Shown here in pieces: positions 25,951-39,358 of a stretch of DNA of 64,000 nucleotides. This stretch comes from Octopus vulgaris (taxonomy: Eukaryota). Position numbers and translations under genes: made by a program. Below the pieces are notes generated by a model. It worked only from the letters and a program-made list of their open reading frames with translations, ran no database searches and had not been told where the DNA came from. Position 1 is the stretch's first letter. Each line of letters opens with the position of its first letter. The stretch covers positions 65,286,001-65,350,000 of the forward strand of contig OX597825.1 in assembly GCA_951406725.2 (NCBI GenBank), in the 5' to 3' direction.

Positions 25951-27589
25951 TAAATAAGTATCGAAACTACATGTTCAAATATAATAGTATAAACATATAT
26001 AAATATATACATATGCTGACATTCGTATAATATATTTTTTACGTATATATAAGTATGAATGTATTTGTACATACATATTTACATTCATTTGTGTGAGAGC
26101 ATTGGTAATTGAAACGAACGAAACTCTCGGCCTTTGAGCCACTTAAGTAAACCTCATTTGCAACCAAATGTAATGTATGTGTATGTGTGTCTACGTATGC
26201 CTATATTCAGACACATGCAAGCGCACACGTTCAATCTGCCACATTTATATAGAAAGCCAAACAAAAAAAAAATAAGAGTTCATGTATTTCCAGAATCAAT
26301 TCTATGAGAGAAAACTGTGCAAATTCATTGTAATCTATGGTCGTACCATTCCAGTTTTATAATAAAAAGTTTATGGTTGCCATGGATCTCATCACCTCGA
26401 ACTCCCAACCCCACCTTAATCACCTTATTACACCTTATTACAGATTTTTTTTCTTTTTTTGATTTCTTTTTCTTGTGATTTTGTTTCTTTCCTTTCGGTT
26501 TATCTCTGTGGAAACTTTCAAGGAAATTAGATTTGATTTATCATTTTCTCTGGATTCTTTGTTCCTTTGTTTCTTTTGCCTGAACTCATGATACACACCA
26601 AGAATATATCAGTTTGATCAAACACTAGAAGATATGACCCTCTACTAAATTTATAAATTGCAAATATTACGAACACGAGTTCAATCTATAGTTGTAGTTT
26701 TGTATTTGTTACATACAATTTTCTTTTACTGTTTTTCTTTAATTCATTCTTCGTTTTTATTCTTTTTCAAACATCATTTCTATAAAAGTGCAGCTGTTTT
26801 TGCTACAAAGACGCTACACTTGTCTTGATGTTTGTCTTCAATTATTCAGTGCATTTGATCTAAATATATTGATTAGATGCTGGCTGTAATAAATACACAT
26901 AGATACACTGAAAGATAAACATTGATATAGAGGTTCAAAACTGGCGAATTGACAAAAGAATGTTCGCATCTCTCCCACGTACTGTGCGGTGTCTATAGTC
27001 AAAAACTGAAATCTCTGATTAATTCCAGCCAGCTGTAAAAATGTATTCTTTTTGAGCCGAGAACGGTCTCTGTATGGAGTTGGTTTTTTAGAAATGACAT
27101 TTAAAAAAATAAAGGATGCATTGGATAATGTAGTCCTCGGTAGGCTATGACCAATAAACAAAATGACGGTTGGTCACGAGATAATAAGGGAAGTAATTTG
27201 AACTGGTATTATTTATGGTGCTTTATTAGTGAGATAAACAATAGTAAAAGTACATACTAGCAACGTATGTACACCATTCTCATCTGACCAGCTAGAGAAA
27301 GCCGCTGCGTCTCCTTCCAAAAGTGAAATCCACACTGGGAATGCATTTCTTGATACACCGTGTCTGTAAAATGACAGATGTTCACTACTTAGCCAATCTG
27401 TTTGATTAGGATTGATCTTATGTTTATTATCAAAAACAAAAGAACTACAGGATATGTGCAACACATTGGAACAAACAATACTATGGATTCAATAGATTCC
27501 AATTTTGAATTTAAATTTCCTCCTGGACTTTACTAAAATCACTAGTAAGAATTCAATTCACTGAAATGTAAAAGATATGCTCTAAAATT

Positions 27590-27790
27590 CTTTTCTACTC
27601 TAGGCACATGGCCTGAGAGTTTGAGGGTGGGGGCTAGTTGATTAGATCAACTCCAGTACGCAACTGGTACTTAATTTATCGACCCCGAAAGGATGAAAGG
27701 CAAAGTCGACTTCAGCGGAATTTGAACTCAGAACATAACGGCTAAGCATTTCGTCCTGCGTGCTTACGATTCTGCCAGTTCGCCGCCTTA
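27590..27790 (-). mobile_element. SINE A
   Basis: Family A core, ending tcgccgcctt. Confidence 0.85.
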
Positions 27791-29613
27791 GATGGGATCT
27801 AAAATTGACAGAAAAATAACAGAGTAAAACTCTCAACTAAATGCTTTGATCAATTTAAATTGTTTAGTGTACGTTCGTGTTCTGTAATATTTGTTTAAAT
27901 ATACCCGCAAAATCACGCTCAAGTTATAAGCTGCCAGCTTTAGAAAGAGGAAAGATACATTAGTTATTCCAGTACTTAGTATGATGCACTATATCTGTGG
28001 TAGGAGATCTTGCTTGAGAAATGGTCTTGTGACACAATGTCTAAGAGAAGCTACTGACACGTAGCAACAGACGGCGGATATTTGCTTTGAACCTACGCTT
28101 TTGGTCATCAACTGCGTCCCGCGAGCACAAATCATATTGTGTTAATCTGATCTTGCGGCTCACTTAGAAAGTGTTACTGCCAATTTTGTAAACCTAGAAA
28201 GAATTCATAGAAGATGCTTTTGTGACTGAGTAGACCTACAAAGAATGTCCGAAGTGCGATGCGGGAATAACTACAAATGAAATTATGATCGCTTGCAATA
28301 TACAATAGCAAAGATGCAGCTTGGTTCTGAAAATGAAATGGTGTAATAGTCGCAGGTCGAAAGCATTTCTCTCAGGTTTGCTTGATTAAGGCTTAGAACA
28401 ATGTTCTTCATTCCTAAGATTTAGTAATTACTCTTTATTTATCAGATGTAAGCACACTGTACCAGATTTCTAACCGGAGCTTTGCCTTAGTTTCGTCGAC
28501 CTCTGATATTTATCATAACAGCGTGTTATTACATGAATACAAGATTTCAGCACTAAATAAATTACCTGTTATTTCTACAGATATCGGTTTAACATATTCA
28601 CTAATCAGAAAATATATATATAACTGAATTGAATTACTTTGACATATAAAGATACAGTTACGTGCATGTCATCATTTCCCGGACTTCAAAAGAACCTAAC
28701 TTGAAAAGCTAAGATGTGTCAAAGGAGTTTGTTTTCATAATTTGACACATTACTGAATATTATGTTGAGTACTAACTACATTATCTTACGTATGAATAAA
28801 CAAAAATTGCATCTAAATTTCTCTTATTAACCTGCATTCAGTGATTTACAGTTCAAAACCTAAGTACATTCTGTTATCCAACTTATTACCATCTACTATC
28901 GTATATCACATACCAACCACTAAATAATATTTGTGTTTGCCGTAGCTCTGGAATTTGTGTTGGATTTATTTCACCAACTATGTCAAAAGAACCAAGAAAA
29001 ACACGGCGATAAACATTTGCTAATTTAAGTGTATTTCAAGAGCGGTGGAATTTCAGAATTTAGAAAACCTTGCTGTATATGCTTATGCATCTTATAAAGC
29101 TAAACATTCAAAGTTCAAATCTTGCTGACGTCGAGTCTGTATTACCAGTTGAGTATTACAGACGAACTAATTGACTCAAAGCTTGCCTCCAGATTTTATG
29201 ACTCGTGCTTATGTTAGAACTAGTTTAGTTGTTTCATGGTTTTTACGTAAGGCAGACAACAATATCTATTACATTGATGTCGAATAATTTTATACATCCT
29301 TATCCAATGATGAAAAGCAGAGTCGACTGAATCAACACCCCGCTCGCCACTCTTAGTTTATTTTATCGGTCCCAGAAAAAAGGAAGGTAAACATGACATC
29401 GAAATGTTTGATCTCAGCATGTATCTAATTATTCAAAGACATATAGTTCCGTAATCGAAACATTTTGCCTCTCCAATACTCTTCTAAATTATGTCACTAA
29501 TGGGGTTTGTTTTCATTTTAAATTATGATAGTGTATTGATTTTTACACGTAAACAACCATATCGATTATATATTTAATCTTTGTAATTACATTTTTTTTT
29601 CTTTCTTTTGCAG

Positions 29614-29747
29614 TGCTAGGTTCACTTTACGCAATGACCTCAACACCACCTATGCCAAGTTTCCTCCCGACGCCTACAAACGTAACCTTCCTTCGTGGGG
29701 AGCTGGCTACGTTGCGATGTGCAGTAATAAATCTAGGAACGAAATTT
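29614..29747 (+). CDS. Internal coding exon of an Ig-superfamily cell-surface protein (Dpr/DIP/zig/IgLON-like): signal-peptide end plus N-terminal half of Ig domain 1
   Basis: Strong acceptor (ttttttttttctttcttttgcag, AG at 29612-13) and consensus donor GTGAGT (29748-53). The 134-nt exon is phase 1 in, phase 0 out. It translates to (x)LGSLYAMTSTPPMPSFLPTPTNVTFLRGELATLRCAVINLGTKF, matching the P-x-F...NVT...G..A.L.C.V.NLG.K pattern of Dpr/DIP first Ig domains. The intron falls just before the expected V-x-W of strand C. No other exon was identified with confidence. Confidence 0.88.
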
Positions 29748-30498
29748 GTGAGTACTCATATTCTTTCAATGCACATCTTTAAACACAGACAATCATCTTC
29801 CAAATGATAAAAAGGAAATTTTACTCATATACACGCACGCATACACAAACTCACACGTACGCACTTAAACACACACACCACGCACGCACACAAATAAGAC
29901 ACATAAACATACAGATAATAATTAGTTGCAGTGAAGAAATTGCTCCATATTAGAAACTATCAAAACATACAAATCATAATTGTCTACAAAATCTTTGTTA
30001 TCTTCCCTTTATTTTATTTTCCTTTATATTTTCTGTTCTAAATCTACCATAAGCTTTTAAATTGCTTCAGATATCTTCATATTCTTAGTCCTTTGTGATC
30101 GACCCTTGACAGTGATTCCGTAAATAAATTAAGCCAATCGAATAAAGAATTTTGTGAAAGACTATGTAAATGCTAGTGAAAGAAAATGGAAAAACAATTT
30201 CGAACGAAACTACATAGATTGGAGTGAATTCATACTAAAATGCCTTATTGATTCATTTTTTTCCTATTTACATTATTCATTCACAGACAAAAAATAAATA
30301 ATAGATAAAGAAAAGAAAATGTTAACCACTTAATGGTTTTGCATCTGTCTCCGTGACGGATAATGTATCTTCCATCGTAAACAGCGGTAATAAATATTAT
30401 TTAGTAATATCTTCTTTGTAAAAATAAATCTAGCCTCTCACTAGTTACTCTCTATCTACGCATCTGCCTATCTGTTTATTAATATAGAGTTACACAAG

Positions 30499-31125
30499 GG
30501 CAACGAGCCAGCAGAATCGTTATCGTGCCGGGCAAAATGCTTAGCGACATTTCGTCTGTCTTTACGTTCTTAGTTCAAATTCCACCGAGGTCGACTTTGC
30601 CTTTTATCGTTTCGGAGTCGGTAAATTTGCTTACCAGTTGCATACTGTGATCAATCTAATTGACTGGCTCCCTCTCCAAAAGCTTCGAGTCTTGTGCCTA
30701 GAGAAGAAAAGAATATATAATTACACAATGGGTGACGAACCAGCAGAATCGTTACCGCAACGAATTAAATGCTTTGCAGTATTTTGTCTGTCTTTACGTT
30801 CTGAGTTCGAATTCCGCTGAGATCGACTTTGCCTTTCATTCACTTCGAGGATGATAAACTAAGTACCAGTTGCGCACTGGGGTTGATGTAACCGACATGC
30901 CCCAGGCGCGCGAGTGGATGTGTGGTAAGTAGTTTGCTAACCAACCACATAGTTCCAGGTTCAGTCCCACTGCGTGGCACCTTCGGCAAGTGACTCCTAC
31001 TATAGCATCGGGCCGACCAAAGCCTTGTGAGTGGATCTGGTTTTTTGGAAACTGGAAGAGAGTTCAAACTTTGGCACAAGGCTAGTAATTTCGTGGGGTG
31101 GGGGCATGTCGGTTACATCAACCCC
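30499..31125. mobile_element. SINE A x2 plus SINE B head plus inverted SINE A tail
   Basis: A copies at about 30499-30705 and 30730-30903, a B head at 30905-31060, and an A tail on the minus strand at 31063-31125. Confidence 0.8.
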
Positions 31126-31164
31126 GTAATCTCTTTTAGAGAGACTTAGTAATTTTAATATTTC

Positions 31165-31204
<40 letters not shown>

Positions 31205-31732
31205 ATATACATACAGACATGTGTATGAGAGACAGAGAGAGGGTGACACACGGCCTACTGATTATGGTATTGCACTAAAGATCGTGAGATCGTGGTTTCA
31301 AAGTTTTCGACTACATCATACGAAACAACAGAAATGTATAGAAAAGGAAGAACTATGAGGAAAAAAATAATACTAACGATAGTAGCTACGTGATGCTTAC
31401 CTCTATATGTATGCATATATGTATGTATGTATGTATGTATGTATAAAGTGCGAGAGAAAGATCAACGTAGCAACTATTATTGATGTTGTTTTATCTTTCT
31501 TTTCCTTATTCTTCCTTCCTTTTCCAAACATTTCTGGTCTTTCGTCTTTCCCCCTGAATCCGAAGACGGATAATGCCTGGAACATTATAAACATTAATTA
31601 TTTCTCTTCTCCCTGCATCCAAGCAAATAACAGTACTTGTAACCTTAGCCTGTCATTTTATTTATTTTTTGTGTTTTATTTTCTTTTGTGTTTTGCCTTT
31701 AGCATGTAACCTCATACATTTTAATATGTATG

Positions 31733-31810
<78 letters not shown>

Positions 31811-32530
31811 CCCTCACAGACACATACACGCATATGTGCGTATAACGTTGATGTTATAAGAATTTAGAAACGGCGAGAACGTGAAATAATTATTTCTACG
31901 AACGAGGATTCTCGAAGCAAATAAAGCTATAAATAATAGCATATAAATACTGGATTAAATGCTTTTTAGGATAGAAATTTTCGAAGGCTGCCTGTTGAAG
32001 ACGAACCCACATCCTTCAGTAAACATAACAGCTGCCCTATCATATGTGTGTGCGCGTATATCTGTATGGCGACTACAGGAACTATTTCTATACCAAAGCA
32101 ATAGCAGATCCATAATTTATATAAAGCTTTCGTAATAAGAGTCAATCTTTTTAAGACAAAGACAGAATCTCAATTATTTATCGAGCCCCGATGTTGCCAT
32201 GACATTAGAGAGATTGATACGCTAAAATTATTTCGGCATTTCGATCCTTTGACGTTACATTTTGAGCACAAATCCAGCAAATTTCTATGTAAAAAAAATG
32301 TTTAATCAATGTGATTCATTTTCAGATTCATAATAGCATCGCACAAAAAAGCATTACGGCATTTAGTTTTGTACTTTTACGTTCTAAGTTCAAATGTCGC
32401 CAAGATCTTCTTTAAACTTTGTATTTCCAGTCCCGATAAAATAAGGTACCAGACAAGTGGTTTAAATAACTTATTCTTGTCTCCTTAGTTTCTTCAAGCA
32501 ATAAGACTAATGGCTGAGAATCCCGAAAAT

Positions 32531-32930
32531 GTCCTAAGTGTGCATGGGAAAATAACCCCACTTTATTAAGAACGCATGATAATGTAAAACATCTTGTATT
32601 TCAAGGGCGTATAGAAATGTAAAAACGTATATTAAGGGCACATGGGAATGTTAACGCCTGTATGTTTTATCGGGGTACGGGAATTTAAATCCCATTGTGT
32701 TTCAAAGACGCACTTGAATGTAAAACCCCTCGTTTTAAGGGCACAAGGGAGAGTAAAATTCTTCGTGTTTTAAGGACGTATGAGAGTTTAAAACATTTAA
32801 TCCTTCAAGGATGTCGAGGAATGTAAAATCACTCGATTTTTAAGGGCGTGAACAATTGTAGCAACGCTCGGGCTTTAAGGGTACGTGGACATGTAGAACA
32901 CCTATATTTTAAGGGCGCATTAGAATGTCC
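32531..32930 (+). repeat. Ancient degenerate minisatellite, about 12 units of 31-35 bp
   Basis: Approximate consensus TTTAAGGGCGCATGGGAATGTAAAACCCCTCGTAT, recurring with a regular period and heavy divergence. Confidence 0.8.
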
Positions 32931-33974
32931 AATCTTACAATGCCTGCGCTAGTCTCTTAAGGAATGATGACCAGAGATAATATTAGCTTTGAAAGATATG
33001 TTGATAGAATATTGCCACAAATATCGTAAAATTAACAGGATATGTGAACCGGAATTTTGATATATGATTAACAGGAATTATATTCTTTTATCTTCTTTAT
33101 TGGACATCATCTTGCCTGATTATAGACAATGGAAGAATAAAATTACTATTACACTCGGTCGATGCAATTTACTTCATAACCATCTCTTGAATAATTGGTC
33201 TTAGGAAATCGACGTTTCTCTAAGTGTATTGTTTGATGCATCAAACTTTTAGCAGATTAAACAAAGAAGTTATAAATACATTTTAAAAAGAAATAGCTCA
33301 GAATTCGTTTTTAACAATTCTTCGTCTCTCATACAATAGCTAATAATTTTTTTTTATCTTTCTGTTATGTACATTAAGTGTCTCGTTTATGAAGAAACAC
33401 CGAAATCGTCTATTCCTTCGCGAAGCTCTAAGTTTACCGTCGACTTGGACCGTCTGACAACTCACACATCACATCAACTCCTATTGTTAATACGATAAGT
33501 GCAATTCGAGAGAAATAATGTGAAGCTATAGAAACCTTTAACACTCATTATTTTGCTGGATTTCAAATGTTTGCTGGAAATATAACATCCGAGTGTATTT
33601 CGTGATTCTTTATCAGAGATAGAGGGTGGGAAGAAAGAAAAAAAAAATGGTAAAATAGTTTTAGTTCCTTACGAACTACAAAGCATTCATTGCTGTCCTA
33701 ATAAATAATTTACTCTTCCTGTCATTTTATATCCATTATGCTACATGTCAAATCGAACTTTTTTATTTTTATTAATACAAAGACTGCTTATCTAGCAACC
33801 CTCGAGACTTTTCGAACACTGGAGATAAATTCTTGTTCGACTTTTATAGTATTTCGAAATACTAAGATTCCATGCATCCATTCTAATAAAATACTACATT
33901 AATCCCATTTAAGAGGCATTTTACGTGCCACCATAGCATATTTGGTGCCAAGATTTCTTATAAACACTATTAGT

Positions 33975-34028
<54 letters not shown>

Positions 34029-34108
34029 GTATGTATATACGCTATTAATCATTATATATATATATATGTATGTATGTATGTATGTATACATATATATACG
34101 CTATTAGT

Positions 34109-34143
<35 letters not shown>

Positions 34144-34175
34144 CATACATACATATATATATAAGCAATTAGTCA

Positions 34176-34223
<48 letters not shown>

Positions 34224-34237
34224 GCTATTAGTCAGTT

Positions 34238-34287
<50 letters not shown>

Positions 34288-34873
34288 CTAGAAATACACA
34301 TAATATTGTATGATAGCATAAGTTGGAACAATCCGATACAAATTATATAGCTAGACACATTTGCTTTATCACACGCACGCTTCCAATCACATTGTTTATC
34401 TTACACAGACACACACACTCAATGCGTAGAAACTCATACATCTTGTTGCACATAGGCATAGTCACAGATAAAAATCTTCACTAGTTTATATATTTTTCAT
34501 CTGTTTATATATACGTACATACATACATGCATACGTACGTACTTTTTCTTACTTTGGTATATAAATCTTTGTGTAGTCAGTGAGTCGTTTGACGCTGGCA
34601 ACGGTGGATAACATTGTGGTAGTGTTAAATCGATGTAAATAGTTTGTAAGGTGTTCAGAAAGAAATGGACTCTTTCTGCTGCCTGCAGAAATACAATATA
34701 AATAAAACATCAATATCGTTTTACTCTCTTCTTTATTTTTTGGCATTTTTTTTTTAAATAATGAAGCCAAACAATAATTGAAAACATGAAAAACGGTTTA
34801 TGTCGTTCCATTGTATGGGTTTGTGTGAGAGTAACAAACTAAATTTTAATTCTGCCTGTATATGCATATAGAT

Positions 34874-34926
<53 letters not shown>

Positions 34927-35187
34927 ACGAGATTTGACTGAATGAATTCTCAACAAATATAGAGCACTCTTTCTCTATCATAATGGTAGATAAGGTTTTT
35001 TATACACACTTAAGATAATATAGGTTTGTTTAATTTTCATGGTAAAGACGCAGTTTGAACTTTCGTAGAGTACAAAAAAAAATTTAAGCCACCGCCTTGC
35101 GCGCGCTTTCTGTCATTCATCTGTCAGCAAAACGGTTGTCAGCCCAGAAAATGTCGTTTAATTCTTTTCCCTACGCGATTGATATAT

Positions 35188-35709
35188 ATTTCTTTACTGC
35201 CCACAAGGGGCTAAACATAGAGGGGACAAACAAGGACAGACAAAGGGATTAAGTCGATTACATCGACCCCAGTGCGAAACTGGTACTTTATTCATCGACC
35301 CCGAAAGGATGAAAGGCACATTCGACCTCGGCGGAATTTGAACTCAGAACGTAACGGCAGACGAAATACCGCTAAGCATTTCAGCGCGCTGACGTTTCTG
35401 CCAGCTCGCCGCCTTCCTACGCGAATATTCGACCACGGCGGAATTTGAACTCAGAACGTAACGACAGACGAAATACCTATTTCTTTACTACCCACAAGGA
35501 GCTAGACAGAGAGGCAACAAACAAGGACAGACAAACGGATTAAGTCGATTATATCGACCCCAGTGCGAAACTGGTACTTTATTCATCGACCCCGAAAGGA
35601 TGAAAGGCACATTCGACCTCGGCGGAATTTTAACTCAGAACGTAACGGCAGACGAAATACCGCTAAGCATTTCACCCAGCGCGCTGACGTTTCTGCCAGC
35701 TCGCCGCCT
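35188..35709 (-). mobile_element. SINE A tandem duplicate
   Basis: Two copies share private variants (ggcacattcgacc, gcgctgacgtttc). The flank cctacgcga(t/a)tgatata is at both ends and partly in the middle. Confidence 0.9.
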
Positions 35710-35851
35710 TCCTACGCGAATGATATAACGATAAAGGCTTATTCGAGCGCGCTAACATTTATATTTCTCCGATTGTTGTCACTGGATGATCTTAATATTC
35801 CTAACAGATCTTGCGTGGTGCATGCGTGTGTTTGTGTGTGTGTTGCATCTA

Positions 35852-36054
35852 ACTCGTGGTCTTCGTCGATAACGTCGTATACTACTCAGACTTACTCCCC
35901 GCCGACCGACCGGCCGCACTCGTGCCCGATACCGAGAACTCGCCCCAGAACTCGCCGCTTCGTGCCTCATCGATAACACACGGACACACACACTCGTGGT
36001 CTTCGTCGATAACGTCGTATACTACTCAGACTTACTCCCCGCCGACCGACCGGC
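35852..36054. repeat. Perfect 63-bp direct repeat (35852-35914, 35992-36054) in a CpG-rich island
   Basis: actcgtggtcttcgtcgataacgtcgtatactactcagacttactccccgccgaccgaccggc occurs twice, 140 bp apart. Confidence 0.92.
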
Positions 36055-37144
36055 TTAGGTCTGGGAATAACTGGAGAGAAGAAATACCTTATACGCCATA
36101 CGTTTGTTTACTTTAAATTATAATGATGTACTCGTTTGCTTAGACGGCCAAGGACGGCCCGTGAATACATCATCTGGTGTTAAATTTCCCCACTCAGTAT
36201 CAGCGTGCTTTGATGCACGACTGCCAAGACACTGAAACTACTCCAGATTTTTCCTACCTGTCCACGTATTTGTATAAACGGCTGAGCCAGGTTCTTTAAA
36301 GCAAAGTGCGTGATGATGCAAACAATTTGTTTTATATCTGCTCAGAGTTTGACCTATGTTCTCAATAGTGCCAGAAAAAATATTAGAAATTTCTCCGCAC
36401 TTCTTTTATTAAGTTGCACCAGGCATCGCATCATCTGCTTACTGAAGTTCAGTTACTGGTGTAGTGGTGATGTTTGTACTGGTAATTTGCCAGTGATGGG
36501 TAGCTTGCCACTTTTGCTGTACGAGATTTGAACGCCATGCAGGAATTTGCCCATCCAGACAGACACACACACACATATATATATACATGATTTGTTTTTA
36601 ACTGTACAATTCGAAGTAAATAACGTTATAAATAATAGCTTGTAGATATTGGTTTAAAAATAACATTTTATGGAAAAAGTCGAAACGTATGTGTGTGAGT
36701 GACAGATATATATATATATATGTGTGTGTGTGCGCGCGTGCTTTTGTGCGTGTGTGTTTATATTTATGTATGTATATATGTACGTATTATGTACTATAGT
36801 ATTGTTAGAATAATTTATGTGTAACATTGCGAATTAGAGTCATTAGAGAACCATTATCGTACAATTTAGAGAATATAGCAAAACAATTTAGAGAATACAG
36901 CAAAACAAAATCAACTGTTAACACTTTTGCCTTATATACAATATGTCGGATTTCAATAAACATCTTTAGCAAAAACAAAACTGGAAGAGAAGTGTGTATG
37001 TGCGTGTGTCTATGTATCCATGTGTGTGCGTATATAAATATGTGTTTGTGCGCGTATATATATACATATATATAGATATATATATAGATAGATAGAGAGA
37101 GAGAGAGATACATACATACATACATACATACATACATACATACT

Positions 37145-37190
<46 letters not shown>

Positions 37191-38684
37191 TATTATTTCT
37201 GCGATGTCATGGACAGTTCTGCTCGAATAAATACCAGATATTTGTATTGAGTGCTTGTGATAGGCTATTTATAAATTAGTTTCTTAATAAAGCAGTTCAG
37301 CCTTGAAAAAAAATACCTAGAATTATATAACCCTATTAATTTCTTGGAGCGAGTCACGCACAATTCTGCATTTAGTGAAGAACGAAATATAAATACGTAA
37401 TGCCAATATTCCAACGGAAAATTATTATTGTATCATAAGTGAAATAGTAACGACGAAGGTTAATTACTGACACGGATGCATTCACATTTTACAAATTCTT
37501 CTATAACGCTTGTCAATAGTTGGTATGCGTCTAGCTCATTTTACTGACAAACAATTGATTAAACAAGTCAGCAGTGAAACGAACCGGCTCCATGAGTTCT
37601 CAAATGAGAATCTACTGCCTTAAAATAAAAATGAGGTTTCATTAGATAATTTATACGTAAATATAATATGGCTGGCTAAAAGTAAGTATGATTGCTTCAG
37701 GGATATATTGGATAGAAAGTTAGTTTAATCAAGAATCACGTGGTTATAAACAACAACAGGCAAGAACTACGAATGCAAGAAATGACTGAATGTAGGAATA
37801 ATTTGAATATATATATTTAATAAGTGAAGCCTAAATCGAAATTCATGCAAAATGATTCGATATGCGAATGGCTGTGAAATATGACTCACTGATATAGATT
37901 ATTTGTGTGACTGGTCATTTTGTTAAGAAATACCTTATCTATGAGTCCAACACAATGTCGAAGATTACTGTTCTATTATAAGAGTAATTTATTCTCCAGA
38001 GTTCCTTCTTGAATTGGATAATGAAACTTAGTTTCAGGCCATGGTTATGCTTTGACAACTAATTAGTTTTCTAACATTTAATTAACACCCTCTTAAATTA
38101 TTTAAGATATCTAACAAGAAAATAGGATGATTGAAAATGTGGAACGCAGAAACACCGTATCAAAGAACGTACTTTTCTTTGATGCTAATTCTCTCAGAGT
38201 CATAAGGAATTATAAACTGAAATCAATTCCAAAATTGGGGATAGCACGAAATATTAATAATCCCAATTCATCATAAAACGCCATATTTTAAGAAATATGA
38301 TAATATATGCAGCGAAACATGTTGCATTAGTGAAATCAGAAATAACACTCATATGAGATTCTTGAATTTATTAATAACGTGTTTTCGCATTTCATAAATT
38401 ACTGATCGCAAAGGAGTATGAAATTATGTTTATGCAAATGTTACACTGCTGTAAAGTACACAGCGTTTTTGAAACGGCAGATGTTAACATGTAGATAACA
38501 ATACACAGAATGTTCTCTCCCTTACTCTAAATCTCTCTCTCTCTCTCTCTCTGTCTCTCTGTCTCTCTGTCTCTCTCTCTCTCTCTGTCTCTCTCATATA
38601 TATATATATATATTAATTTAGAGATGGTAGACCCCTACAGCTCACCAAATAAAATGAATTTTTATTTTTATTTTAAATACCTAC

Positions 38685-38715
<31 letters not shown>

Positions 38716-38896
38716 GTATATATGTATATAATTATGGGTTAAGCAACAAGTTGCTTCAACACATACCGAAAATTTAGAAATAGCAGCCAAACACAGCTTA
38801 TTCCTTTTTACTACAGATATTACTCCACACATAACAATATTTGTAACTCACATAGGCAAAGCAAGGAAAATAGCGAATTCAAACAGTCTTCGATTA

Positions 38897-38954
38897 ATTG
38901 TGGACGCGTTTCTGGGTTAGAATTATAGAAATTCATTCACGTCCTCAGTACAAT
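38897..38954 (-). ncRNA. Minimal type I hammerhead motif (PLE-type), stem II base eroded
   Basis: The minus strand reads attgta-CTGAGGA-cgtgaatgaatttctataattctaaccca-GAAA-CGC-GTC-cacaat. Stem I is attgt/acaat with one mismatch next to the core. Stem III is the palindrome ACGCGT, followed by a GUC triplet. Confidence 0.6.
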
Positions 38955-38976
38955 AATTCGGTAATTCATATATATA

Positions 38977-39358
38977 GGCGTAGGAGTGGCTGTGTGGTTA
39001 GTAGCTTGCTTACCAAACACATGGTTCCGGGTTCCATCCCACTGCATGGCACCATGGGCAAGTGAATTCTATTATAGCCTCGGGCCGACCAAAGCCTTGT
39101 GAGTGGATTTGGTAGACGGAAACTGAAAGAAGCCCGTCGTATATATGTATATGTGTATGAGTATATGCTTGTGTGTCTGTGTTTGTCCCCCCTCCCCCAA
39201 CATCGCTTGACAACCGATGCTAGTGTGTTTATCTCACCGTGACTTAGCGGTTCGGCAAACAGACCGATAGAATAATAAGTCCTGGGGTCGATTTGCTCGA
39301 CTAAAGGCGGTACTCCAGCATGGTCACAGTCAAATGACTGAAACAAGTAAAAGGGTAA
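38977..39358 (+). mobile_element. SINE B, full length (small internal deletion)
   Basis: Colinear with 17385-17808. Confidence 0.9.

Noticed and set aside
29748-29807. C-terminal part of ORF 29613-29807 (VSTHILSMHIFKHRQSSSK) and its GTG start
   Set aside because: This is intron read-through beyond the GTGAGT donor, and the GTG overlaps the splice acceptor.
31970-32022. Minus-strand gaaggatg...cagccttcGAAA stem resembling stem II of the 12172 ribozyme
   Set aside because: The CTGANGA box is missing and stem III is not palindromic; at most a dead remnant, not counted.
32531-34235. Repeat-plus-spacer appearance at 32531-32930 and 33966-34235
   Set aside because: The apparent spacers are diverged parts of the same unit or microsatellites, so this is not CRISPR.
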